Source of the DNA: Oculina patagonica
Lineage: Eukaryota
Direction: 5' to 3'
Length of the DNA: 64,000 nucleotides
NCBI RefSeq assembly: GCF_052425735.1
Contig: NC_135764.1
Span: 25,420,001 to 25,484,000, forward strand
In this document: positions 30,501 to 40,517 of the stretch, in pieces
Numbering within the stretch: the stretch's first letter is position 1
Layout of the letters: the number at the start of each line of letters is the position of its first letter
Translations under genes and position numbers: made by a program
The notes under the pieces: model-generated
The model's database searches: none
Told to the model about the DNA's origin: nothing
Seen by the model: the letters and a program-made list of their open reading frames with translations, nothing else

Positions 30501-33500
30501 ATCCAGCATGGAGTTACAGAAATGGCAATTGACATACAGTTGAACTTGACTTCTGATCTGAGATCCATTGCGCACCCATCTTCCAGCACGGATTTCACAA
30601 ATAGCAGCCTGTGAAATAATAGGCTCAAATTAACAATAGTTTGCATAAAAGTAGTAAAGGCCCCAGTTTCACTGCTTTGTCTGATGGATGCATGAGCATC
30701 ACTCACTTAATATGAAGAAATTTGAAGAGAATAAATATATGCACAGTACAATATGTTTGTGGACATGTTCAGTATAGGGAGAATGTAGATATTTTCTGAG
30801 GTGTAAGCACAATAGTCACAGTCAAGCAGAAGTTGGAGTTCATTTTGGTGATGATGCCAAGGAATATTAATACTTAAATTTAGAAGCAAAATGTGCCTCT
30901 AAAGCAGACAGGCAGACAGACAGCAGACAGGCAGACAGCAGACAGACTGACAGACAGACTGAAGGCAGACAGACAGACAGACAGCAGACAGACAGCCTGG
31001 AGACAGGAGACAGACTGACAGTCAGACAGCAGACAGACTGCAAAGGATTAAAATGCCTGTACATGTAACAACACTAAATAAATGTGTATAGATTTACTCA
31101 CCTGAATGTGAAAAAGATCTTCACAAATGTTTCTCAGCAGGTCATTTGAGGGAACAACTTGCTCCAGGGGAACACCAAACTGAGACACTGCCTATAAAAA
31201 ATATGAAAATCAGAAGTTATCAAACATTGACAGAGTTATAAATTTAAAGTTATAACAGCACCAGCAAAGTAAAAGGGAAGTTGTGACAAATGTTTTCTAA
31301 AATTCTGCAACAAACAGAAAACATAACAATTTTAACTGAACAGTACATAATTTTGGTTACAAATGTAAGCATTCTAGTTGAATGTCTTTAACCACTCTAT
31401 AAGTCAAATTTTAGGAACCTATTCAATAAGGCCGTAGAGAGCGACAGCCGAAGCCATTGTTTTTAATATTTTTAGCCAGTGAACGTTTGTTTTTATTATA
31501 ATTAATATTCATGTGAAGAAAAAAAGAACCATAGAAAAAAGCCAGACTGTAACTAAAAAGTCTGAGAACTCGGTTCAAATGATCAAGGCTTGACTTTATC
31601 CACAGTGAGCAGAAATTCCAGCTTACCAGACTTATAAAAGCAGCAAGGTGTCTATGAAGAGGAAGATGAAATGTGACTTCTCCTCGCTGAGGCTGAAACA
31701 AAAGAAATAATAAATTATTGATCAAAACGTACAAATACCTAACATTACAAGTCCAGTGAAACCCTGTTACATTGAAACCTCAATTAAGAAGTATGTGCCA
31801 AAGGATTGGGGAAATTTGTTCGTTGTCTTGAGGGTTCATCATATCGAAAACCTAGCCTCCTACGCAGACGTTCGGCTTTGGGCTTGTCATGCATTTCTCC
31901 CCCATGAACGCCGGTCTACTCAACCGAGCTGCCACTTCCGTTCGCCGGCGGTTAGCCAATTATGGCTCGTCTTCCAAATGTCTAAAGAGATTTTTTATTC
32001 AGAGGGTTGGGGGAATATTGGGAGAATACAGGAGCACTGCATAGAATCTTCCTATCTTGGTAGGGGAAATGCCAGGGCTTTTTAAGAGGCAAGAAGAAAG
32101 GGGGAAAGAGAATTTGTAATCTTGAATGTATCTGGGATTAAGGGGAATTGGTCTTTTCCTCCTATGATTCCCCTACATGTACAGAAAGCCAGTGAAACAT
32201 GCATGATACTTGGTAAACAAACCTTGCTATCAACTTTCTTGTACCATCTATCAAGAGCCTCTACACTCCCTCTGATCATGTTTTGAACACACTGGACATT
32301 TTTCTGGCAGCAAAAGTAAGAAAATATAGTATAAATAGTTATACTAAGTCATAAAATTCTTTGCATTGTTTTAAATAATTATAGTCAAGTTGATGGCTAA
32401 GGTGTAAACTAGATGTACAGAAATTCTAATTTTAAATGAAAACACAAGTTGTTCTAGCCAATGCAATGCATTCTCCACACCATTAAGAGTCAAATGCTTT
32501 AAACATAAGGCCAATGTGCACATGTTTTCACGGTCCTTCGTACTGACTACTGGTTAGGTATCGGTATTATTTTTTCGGCTTCAAGTTTTGATTGGTTCAC
32601 TAGATTGTCTGTGTCCTTTGTGAGTGGCCAGAGTGACAACTTTGGTTAAATGGCTCTACAACAATTGAAAATCGTTACAGAGAAGTGTCACAAACTTACC
32701 AGTGCTGTACATGCATTAACAAAGCTCCACAGGGGTGAGGATGCAGCTTCTAACTCTACATAAAATGCCTCGCAATATGTCTGTGGTTCATACTCAATAT
32801 GTGTCAGCAGTCTGCGGCTGTTTAAGTTCATTCCTGGAATAAGATAATCAATCAACAAAGACGGTTGGCCTGCTGCACAGTTGTGCACTGTATAGGTGTA
32901 TGTAAGGTCTGATACTAAGTTCATTCTTATCCTATACAATGTAGATCAGAGAAGTCAGATGGCTCAATGACGCCAGTGCTTACAGGTGCAACTCTTCCTT
33001 GCTAGCAGAGTCTCCTTTTCCATTATTTTTAGATAATCAAAAAGAAAATGGGAAGTCCTCTGCTCTAACAATTCATACTGAACATGCGCTGGCATTACTT
33101 CAGCTACCGGTTAGTTTTGTCCACTATCATGGATGGTGGAAATGATCAAACATTGTTACAAGTCAGAGCAGAGTCCCATTTTCTTTTGGTCTCAAAAAAA
33201 AAGGAAAGGAGACTCTGCTAGCTAGCAGGGAAGTGTAACAGTTACTCTAGTTTCTGTAGCACATGATTGTACATACAGTAGGGTTGTTGAGCACCACCCT
33301 CTACTCAATGAGATATTAGTCCCTCACAAATAACAAAAAACATTTTTCCACGCTACAGTCGAAGCTCTCGTAAGCGGACACCTCAGGAGGAAAAAAGTGT
33401 CCGTAACTGGAGCTGGCCGCTTACGAGAACCGTCTCGTAAGCGGCCACTGGAGGTGTGGGGACGAGGCTGCTTACGGGAGCTTACCCAGCTAACAATAAC

Positions 33501-36500
33501 AGGACGGACGTAGACGAAGACAAAACAAACACTGAAATATGTATTATTATTATAATATTGTGACGAAGGCGATGTGAAGTTGATTTATAAAAACAAGATA
33601 CAGAGGTTGTTAATAGGATTTCTTGGGCGTCCGCTACGGGAGCTTAAAAACAAAGAAAAAGTCTAAGTTGTAATCTCTCAAAATGGCCGCGGTCGCTACG
33701 GGAATGTCCGCTTACGAGAATGTAAAAGTACAGAATTTGTATGGGAGATAAAACGGGGTTTCAGACAAGGCGACCGTAAGTAGAGCTGTCCGCTTATGAG
33801 AGTGTCTGTTAAGAGAGCAAGGTATAAAATTCCCAACAGTTCGCCAGAAGAGAGACACTGTCGGAGTAAGGCATCTGACAAAAACATAAACCAGTCACTC
33901 CAGGCAAGCTTTAACAGACATATCACAATACAGAGTCCACTGCACCAACAATTAGGGCAACATGTGTCCCTGCTCAATGTACATTTTTCTACATGTAGTT
34001 ACATTTTATAGCACACTAACCAGTCAGGTGTTCAATGAACTTCATCCACTGCCTAATGAGATCATTGTTCTGCATGAACATCTCAGCTATTGACTTGTGG
34101 GACAGAACATTGATAAAGTCGCTAACTATTGGCCAGTAGCAATGATTCTTGAGTGCACGACTCTCGCAATTCACCACAACATGATTTGAAATTGTGTCTG
34201 CAAACAACATGCCGCACTTGTTAATAACAATACATCAAAGCATGAACAAAAATGTAGACATAACACACATGTTCAATAACAAAATGCTATTTTCCATTGA
34301 ACCTGGCCTGCGAGGTGGGGATGCCTATGTGGATTTCTTCAAATGTATTAATTAAGTATAATGCTTGTCAGATTGTTCACGACTTTTGCTAAAAATTTCC
34401 AGGAACATAATTGTATTTCAATGGTAATCCTGTTTTGACAGGCTGCTTAAGGTTACTGGAATTTGGAGTTTTCTGGTTGTAGATTTTCAAGATACACAGT
34501 CTGAAAAAAATTGTTGCAAAAAGTAGTCTCGTTTTTTTTTTTTTTTTAATTTTGAATGGGGGGGGAAAAGAAATCAACTTTACATATATCTAAGTTGCAA
34601 TTTAAACATCAGAATAATTTTTGTCCCCAGGTGCCATGATCTGAGTGGTTAACACCAAAAAGAACCGTGACCATTGACTTGGTCCAATTTGAGAGTCTGA
34701 ATTTATTCTGCTGAAATCTGTTTGGCTGACTGAAAATGACCGCATGCATGAAGAAAATCTTATCCCACCAGAGGTCTTTAATTCTTGGTGCTAAGTGCTC
34801 CAGGGATGGGAATGCATCATTATTTTGAAACTTTTTTTTTTAGTCAATTTTCATTGACAATTTTTTTAACATACACACCCTTGTAAAAATTTTACCGCGA
34901 TCGCGGCACGATCGCGCCGCGATTGCCGCGATCGCGCCGCGAATGTCGCGATCGCGCCGCGACTGACGCGATCGCGCCGCGATTTGTTGTCATCGCGACG
35001 CCATCGTGGTGACGCGATTGTAGAACGCGAACGCGCCGCGAGTCGCGATCGCGGCGTGATGAGTGCGATCGCGGCGCGATGATACCACCGCACCGCGATT
35101 GGGGGGGAATAATCTCGGAAGTGTCCCGGCGAGAACTCACTCTCGACACCGGGAATATGTTGAAACCCCAAAATGTATAATAAAATATTATAAATATTGA
35201 AATTTTTTCGTGACGGGAGCGGGACGACAGAGAAATTTTATTTTTGTGGGGCGGGAAAGTAAAGATAAATTAAAAATAAATTTTTTTTCTTAACAGTCCT
35301 TTTTTATCTTCACATTTTTTTTTTTCTTTTAGGAGCCTTAATCCTTTAGCCCAATGAAATCTTCGCCATTTAAATGCAAATTAAATACAATCAGGAATTC
35401 GCTGCAATTGCGTTTTTTGCATTGAAAAATCCTCTATATGGCATTTAATTTAATTGTGGCTCCGAAGAGGCTGTCAGAATGAGCTTTTTTAGAGCTTTAT
35501 ATTTACCTTCCCGTAGACCACGATCGTAGACCACACACACGAAGTCCTTTCCCGCCTTTTGCCGCAAGGTGTCGTGAATGAGCGTTACGATTGGTGAGTT
35601 AGGTCACGTAGTGCATACAGGTACACGCCGCACGCCACCAAGAAAAATTTTTTAATTGTATTTTTCTCCACAAAGGAAAATTTTCTTTTAGCTGCTTAAA
35701 GCATAGGAAAGCCCTGTAATTTTTTTTTTCGAGCGACTGCTTGTTTATAATTCAACAGCTAGCGCCATTATAAAGAATATAAAAAAATAACTGAGTGGAA
35801 GAGGAAAATTTGAGTAGACCATTCAATGCAAAGTTGTACCTGTTGATGCTTGGGACTTAAATGTTGTATTATTTAAAAAAGCTTCGGGGAAAAGAAAGCG
35901 CATCTTCGACGGTTCGGCACCGCAGATGAAGAGATAGTCGCTCGTTTAGATCACATCATTGATCTTCTTCGCTGAGCACGAGTAAAAGGTTAGTTGCCGT
36001 GTATTTTGTTCACATTTTACAGAAGAATGTCATGCGTAAAAAGATCAGACTCAATCACGCCTCCGGCCGATTGCCGGCAGCGCCGTTTCTGTGCTTAAAT
36101 AAATGATTTTTTGAAATTTTCGGTATGCAAAACGCTAAGATAATTGTTTTTAAATTTATAGATTTAGGCGCGATCGCGGCGCGATTCAAGCCAAATCGCT
36201 GCGCGATTCCCGACCCATCGCGCCGCGATGCGAGAATCGCGGCGGCCAAAAACGCGGCGCGATCCAAGCCGATCGCGGCGCGATCCAAGCTCAATCGCGG
36301 CGCGATCGCGCCAATCGCGGCGGCCAAAAACGCGCCGCGATTCGCGGCGCGATCGCGGTAAAATTTTTACAAGGGCAGTATTTTTTCCATGTCACAAACG
36401 TTCAAAAATATTCAATATATAAGTAAAGGATGTGTGTCACATATTGCACAAGGCAGACCTGTTTCCCTGCATCACAAACTACAAAAAAGTCATTTCTAAA

Positions 36501-39500
36501 TCAGTGTTTCGTTTGCTATCTTTAAAAGTTGCCATACCTCCTCTTCTGAAGGTCACCAGTGTTGGCCTTGCCATGTCATGCAAAACTTTGACCATGACAT
36601 GAAGAAGATTCTGTTCACGCACAACTTTCTCAGCCAACATTTTGTTACTAAACAACTGTACACTGACGTGCACTACCCGGTTTGACAATTGGTCCACATT
36701 GTTAGAGTTGCTGTTTAGTACCAGTACTTTAGCTATCTTCTGATAGTTCTGACAGAATACTCTGGTAAATGCTTCCTGTTGGGAAAGAAGTGGTTTTACA
36801 GTAACTATCAGTGAAGCATCTGAAAGAGGTAAGGTGAATGCGCATGCAACCCACTGGCTTCTGTAGTGTGAAGCAAATAGGAATTTGGTGGTGCTCCAAT
36901 ACCGGGTTGTGGGAGGCACAGTGGCCTATTAAATGCCGGTTAGTGCATTAACTTTGTGTTGTGTTATTGGGCAAGACACTTTACTCTCACAGTGCCTCTC
37001 TCCACCCAGGACTATAAATAGGTACCAGTGAATTTACTGCTGGGAGGAGGGGCAACCCTGCGATGGACTAGCATCAAACCCGGGGGGGGGGGGGAAGTAG
37101 AAATACTCCTAGTTGTTTTATGCTACTGAAACCAGAATAAGCTCTGGCCTAATGGGCCAGTAGACCTGACTGCGGACTTAACCTTTTTTACCTATACCTG
37201 GTTACACCCCGGCAATTTGTTAGGTACCCTAGCATAGAGATAAACAAGTGCTGCACATGGTACAAGTATTTGTGTTTTGCACAAGAACGTAACACAATGA
37301 TCCCTGACAGCACCATATCGGGGGACTGCATGATCATAAGGATGACTTGAAAATCATTAGGCAATGGATAAAACCTGAAATTATTGTACATAATTTGAAC
37401 CCAGGTGTATCAGTAGATTATTTTGTGTGGTTGTCTAGGTGAACAAAGAATTGTTGTTATAGTGACTGACGTCCTGACAAACTGAGCAGAAGTTATTCTC
37501 AAAGGCTAATTAAAAGTCGTTGTCAGTCCGACGTTGATGTTAAGAATATAAGAATATCATCATGGCCAAACTGATCAATCACTTTCAATGGACCAGACTA
37601 ATAACATAGCTACTGACAACAACTTTTCAAAGTTGTCAAAATGTCAGTCACCAACAACAGTTCTTTTAAGAACTACTCTCACCCAAACGATCAAATCTGT
37701 GAAAATTTAGTTTGTAAATCATCCCAAGGCAAGATTTTAACTCAATGTACAGTACCTTGTATTCTGCATTTGGCAAAAGATGAAGAAGAAATGTTACTAT
37801 TTTCTGCGGAAATTCAAACTGTGTCACAAAGTCCATTAAAAAGTCTAAGAACATTCTGTGAACAACATCTTCAACACTCTCAAATGAACAGTTAGTTGAC
37901 AAGGAACTTGAACTATCCATTCTGTCAACTGATGAATGCGTTGAACTGTGAAATGATGCAGAAGCTGTAGATGGTGATCTTGTTTCTTTACTAAATATTC
38001 TTTCTACATCTAATATTTTCAGCATCAAGGACTCTGCTGTTATAGTTTTCATAGTATTTGTGTCACACAATTGCACAAGAAAATTAACAAGGGCCTCTGC
38101 ATCACTCATATCATCAGCTACTAGATCTGAAAAGAAATAAAATTCAAGGTCAGGTTTTACACTTGTAACGCCAAGCAAGCTGAACAGCGAAATAATATTT
38201 ATCTACACATCATTAGAAGCCTGGTCAAGCTGACTGCCAAAAATGGCAGATGCAACTAAAACAACTGCCCACCTCAAGGGTGACACCCCCTCACCCAAGC
38301 CCCAATATGGTGCACAAGAAAAACATTTACCACTTATTTTGTGTTAATAGTCAGTGGAAAATTACCGGGCAATTATCAAAATAATAATAATTATCACTTT
38401 GTAAGGAAAATGTTTTATTTTGACTGTAACTGCTTTTGCAGACTATTACAAGACTTTTACCTGGTTTTCTTACAACAAAGTTTCCAAGGTGTCTCTTCTT
38501 CCTTCCCTTTCTTGCTCCCGGAGGGGAAAGGAAGGTGGAAAGGGGGGGGGGGGGGAGAATAGAGACCCTGATACCAAGGTTGGCTTTCTTAGGGCCGATT
38601 GACATGGTAAGACTTTCCCGCATGCGACAAGCTTACGACAGGCCTACGACATGACTTAAGACCATTTACACACACGCACGTCTGTCGTTACAAGGATGTG
38701 GTAGGTAATGACTTACATGACACGATTCATGTTGTAGTCATGGCGTAAGCATGTCATATAAAATAATTGTATGCAAAATTATACCATCAATACAATACTG
38801 AATTACATAAGTACACAAATACATTACATATTAAGTATACCTATTAAATATGGGGCCAACTCTTTTAACTGTTGTTGAAGTCTCAAACACAGCCTTGGAA
38901 CAACAATTTTAGCCATCGCTAATAGCTCTGGAGGAGGAGTTCTGGAGACTGTTGTGTCCTTTGTGCCATGACGATGACAAAACCTTTCAAGAATCAGTAA
39001 GAGATTGTTACAACACTTGTGTCATGTTTGTCAACAACAAAGAGCATGGGAGCTTCATTGCTCAGCTCCAGTATAGCGTGAGATGTGTTGATCGTAGCTT
39101 CTACAGTACACATTCTCAATACGAGGCAGCATGACATTGTGGCATGAATTACGTGCACAGTAAGGATGAGCATAAACAATTAAGATGGATTCCGCTGAAA
39201 GTTCGAGCAATGAGTGCAAAAATTAAGTTCCAGAAATCTGCTCATAGCATGGGAAGATTTTGTATACTATTTCAAAGACCTTACCAAAATTCATTTGTCT
39301 TAGTGACCCCGTAATTGAATTCAAAAGCACTGTCGAGAAAATTAAAGCCAGTCCTCGTAAAAAAGTTCGAAAAGTGTGCCATTTTGTTTTGAACTGCCAT
39401 GAAACGTCTGTTTTAACTGAAATATAGATAATTTCAAATCCATTTTTCTCTCGCGGGGTCAGCTTGAGTGCTAAAGTTTTGGCCGGTTTTTGTTAGCTGT

Positions 39501-40394
39501 ACTTTAAGTGTATGATATGAGGAATCTTTGGTAACTTTATTTTTGCCTGTTTTGCTCGAATGTTGGGCGAAAACCATCTTAACACAAATGTCCTTAAACA
39601 CTTCAAAACACTGTCACACTGATGATATCATAATTTTTAAAATAAACCATTCTACATCTGTGCATGAAAACGCTTAAAATTTCTTAATAACGAAAATGTT
39701 TAAATTTGTTAGCGGGTGTGCTAGACCAGAAACAGACTTTTTACACAGATTAATTACAAGAATAATGTAAACACGCAAAACGATTAACCTTTTAAACTAA
39801 TTATCTTGTAAACAAACAGTATAGTAAGCAAAAAACACGTTACGATTTTTAGAATCGATCTAAGCTTGCAAAATTGAGTGAGATTTTATTGTAGCGTAAT
39901 TGTAACTAGTGATCTTAGTTTACTCCCTGAAAGCAAAAGACGTATCTAATTTGTACTGACCCTTCTGGTTTCATAACATCTTCATCGCCACAATCACAGG
40001 CGCCCCCTGCTTGACTTCTGAACATGTTAAAATCATGACCTTCGTGATTCCCAGCATGAAAGCAATCCGCGCATAACGACATACAAGGAGAGATGCCGCA
40101 GTCTCTACAACGATATGCCACAAAGTTCTTGTTCCACACCAGACCACAGATTGTTGGCGAGTCAAATGACCTCAGAACATTTTTAAATTCCTCCGGAGGC
40201 CTTCCACCAGCTATGAGCCATAAACACCAATCTTGTCTTTCGGCGTCAAATGGATGCTGCAGGCTAAGCACACCATCTAAAAAGCTTTGTATCTCCTTCT
40301 TTCCTTTCTCTGTGTGGCAGTGAGCCTTGAAATTCGCGGCGGTACTCTGCTTCGCTCTCACAGAGCAATTTTCAGGGAAATGTTTATCCGCCAT
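567..40394 (-). CDS. UBR3: E3 ubiquitin-protein ligase UBR3 (N-recognin), multi-exon, 3' end outside window
   Basis: Phase-consistent exons traced by hand: 39961-40394, 38841-38983, 37756-38126, 36538-36775, 34021-34197, 32700-32833, 32223-32303, 31627-31692, 31102-31191, 30480-30608, 29610-29662, 28992-29131, 28675-28760, 27331-27390, 26765-26831, 26509-26605, 25575-25719, 21003-21098, 20528-20618, 19236-19313, 18512-18661, 17870-17987, 17514-17574, 17169-17228, 16474-16609, 15592-15768, 14023-14350 (alternative same-phase donor at 14065), 13095-13271, 12621-12715, 12266-12403, 11526-11659, 9562-9672, 8697-8855, 6892-6960, 6181-6329, 5479-5549, 4729-4846, 3926-4023, 2933-2982, 2558-2638, 1977-2078, 567-692 (about 1828 codons). 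Motifs: UBR box, [35 protein letters not shown], split RING-H2 (CVIC / CGHHLHVDC / CPLC). Confidence 0.95.
855..1751. mobile_element. Tc1/mariner-pogo-type MITE
   Basis: TA|CAGTCAACTCTCTC...GAGAGAGTTGACTG|TA; subterminal GTCCGTCTTATAGAG repeats. Confidence 0.85.
3131..3522. mobile_element. Non-autonomous TIR element, Kolobok-like
   Basis: AGGGACTATGTCACGG...CCGTGACACGGTCCCT flanked by ATAA/TTAA. Relatives at 16106-16436 and a left part starting near 9952. Confidence 0.6.
5210..5384. mobile_element. 175-bp Tc1/pogo-type MITE
   Basis: TA|CAGTCAACTCTCG...CGAGAGTTGACTG|TA. Confidence 0.85.
7135..8582. repeat. Minisatellite (about 105-bp unit) with 530-bp higher-order repeat
   Basis: CTAGTGTGTGACCATTCAAATGAAAGCTAT recurs at 7211, 7741 and 8271. 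Confidence 0.92.
8697..12403 (-). CDS. UBR3: UBR3 exons 30-33 encoding the RING-H2 domain
   Basis: FDCVICGQ (12266-12403), [12 protein letters not shown] (9562-9672), [17 protein letters not shown] (8697-8855). Confidence 0.9.
8934..9108. mobile_element. 175-bp Tc1/pogo-type MITE
   Basis: TA|CAGTTGAATCCCGATAACTCGAACC...GGTTCGAGTTATCGGGATTCGACTG|TA. Confidence 0.85.
10111..11295. mobile_element. PIF/Harbinger-type non-autonomous element
   Basis: TAA|GGGACGGACCATTAGAAATAACCGGAGGGGGG ... matching inverted copy|TAA; 3-bp TAA TSD. Confidence 0.88.
14392..14931. mobile_element. TA-flanked MITE (Tc1/mariner-type)
   Basis: TA|CCTTATTACATGAAATTTT...AAAATTTCATGTAATAAGG|TA; TCGCGAAA subterminal repeats. 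Confidence 0.85.
21247..23266. mobile_element. Non-autonomous TIR element with 5-bp TSD (hAT5-like)
   Basis: GTTAT|CAAGGCTGCTGCCTAA...TTAGGCAGCAGCCTTG|GTTAT. Confidence 0.75.
23814..24543. mobile_element. Long-inverted-repeat (foldback-like) element
   Basis: 23814-23941 is an imperfect inverted copy of 24419-24543; no clear TSD. Confidence 0.65.
27391..28674 (-). other. U12-type AT-AC intron in UBR3
   Basis: Minus strand: donor ATATCCTTT at 28674, branch site GCCTTAAC, 3' end CCAC at 27391. Joins SQLVDL to IPDKPG in phase 0. Confidence 0.92.
27938..28472 (-). mobile_element. 5'-truncated CR1/L2-type LINE fragment
   Basis: QNRAARVLT...LGW..L...[14 protein letters not shown] (LINE ORF2 C-terminus), followed by AATAAA and an (ATCC)n tail on the minus strand. 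Confidence 0.8.
30117..30408 (-). mobile_element. tRNA-derived SINE
   Basis: Box A TGGTCTAATGG, box B GGTTCGAGCC, body TTCTTGGGCAAGACACTTTACTCTCATAGTGCCTCTCTCCACCCAGGTGTATAAATGGGT. Confidence 0.85.
30903..31040. repeat. (CAGA)n microsatellite
   Basis: Imperfect CAGA run. Confidence 0.9.
33356..33822. mobile_element. Tc1/pogo-type MITE with degenerate right end
   Basis: TA|CAGTCGAAGCTCTCGTAAGCGGACAC; CCGCTTACGAGA subterminal repeats. Confidence 0.65.
34878..36375. mobile_element. EnSpm/CMC-like non-autonomous element with CpG-dense subterminal repeats
   Basis: CA|CCCTTGTAAAAATTTTACCGCGATCGC...GCGATCGCGGTAAAATTTTTACAAGGG|CA; 2-bp TSD. Confidence 0.82.
36910..37187 (+). mobile_element. tRNA-derived SINE, internally deleted
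   Basis: Same body as 30117-30408. Confidence 0.75.
39961..40394 (-). CDS. UBR3: UBR3 exon 1 (UBR-box zinc finger)
   Basis: [56 protein letters not shown], continuing in exon 2 as GFCHRHG; GT donor at 39960. Confidence 0.95.
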
Positions 40395-40517
40395 CTTTCA
40401 TCTTGGTGTCATGTTGTTGCTTGGCGCTGACTGCTCATGCGTAAGATCAGCGATTGTCGAGAGGGAGCTGGAACGAGACATGTCGCGCGTGCGCTGTTTG
40501 TTTCCTGTTGTTCCAAG
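40395..40517. promoter_or_regulatory. Compact bidirectional promoter / 5' UTR region between UBR3 and cyclin T
   Basis: Divergent ATGs 123 bp apart, both in an AAGATGGCG context (YY1/TISU-like). GCGCGTGCGC (NRF1-like) at 40485-40494. Confidence 0.7.

Noticed and set aside
34866-36422. Arg/Ala-rich ORFs on both strands
   Set aside because: Artefacts of CG-rich subterminal repeats of a non-autonomous transposon.
40437-40517. Upstream in-frame ATG extending cyclin T
   Set aside because: Similarity to cyclin T begins after ATG 40518, which has a strong context; the extension falls in the shared promoter.
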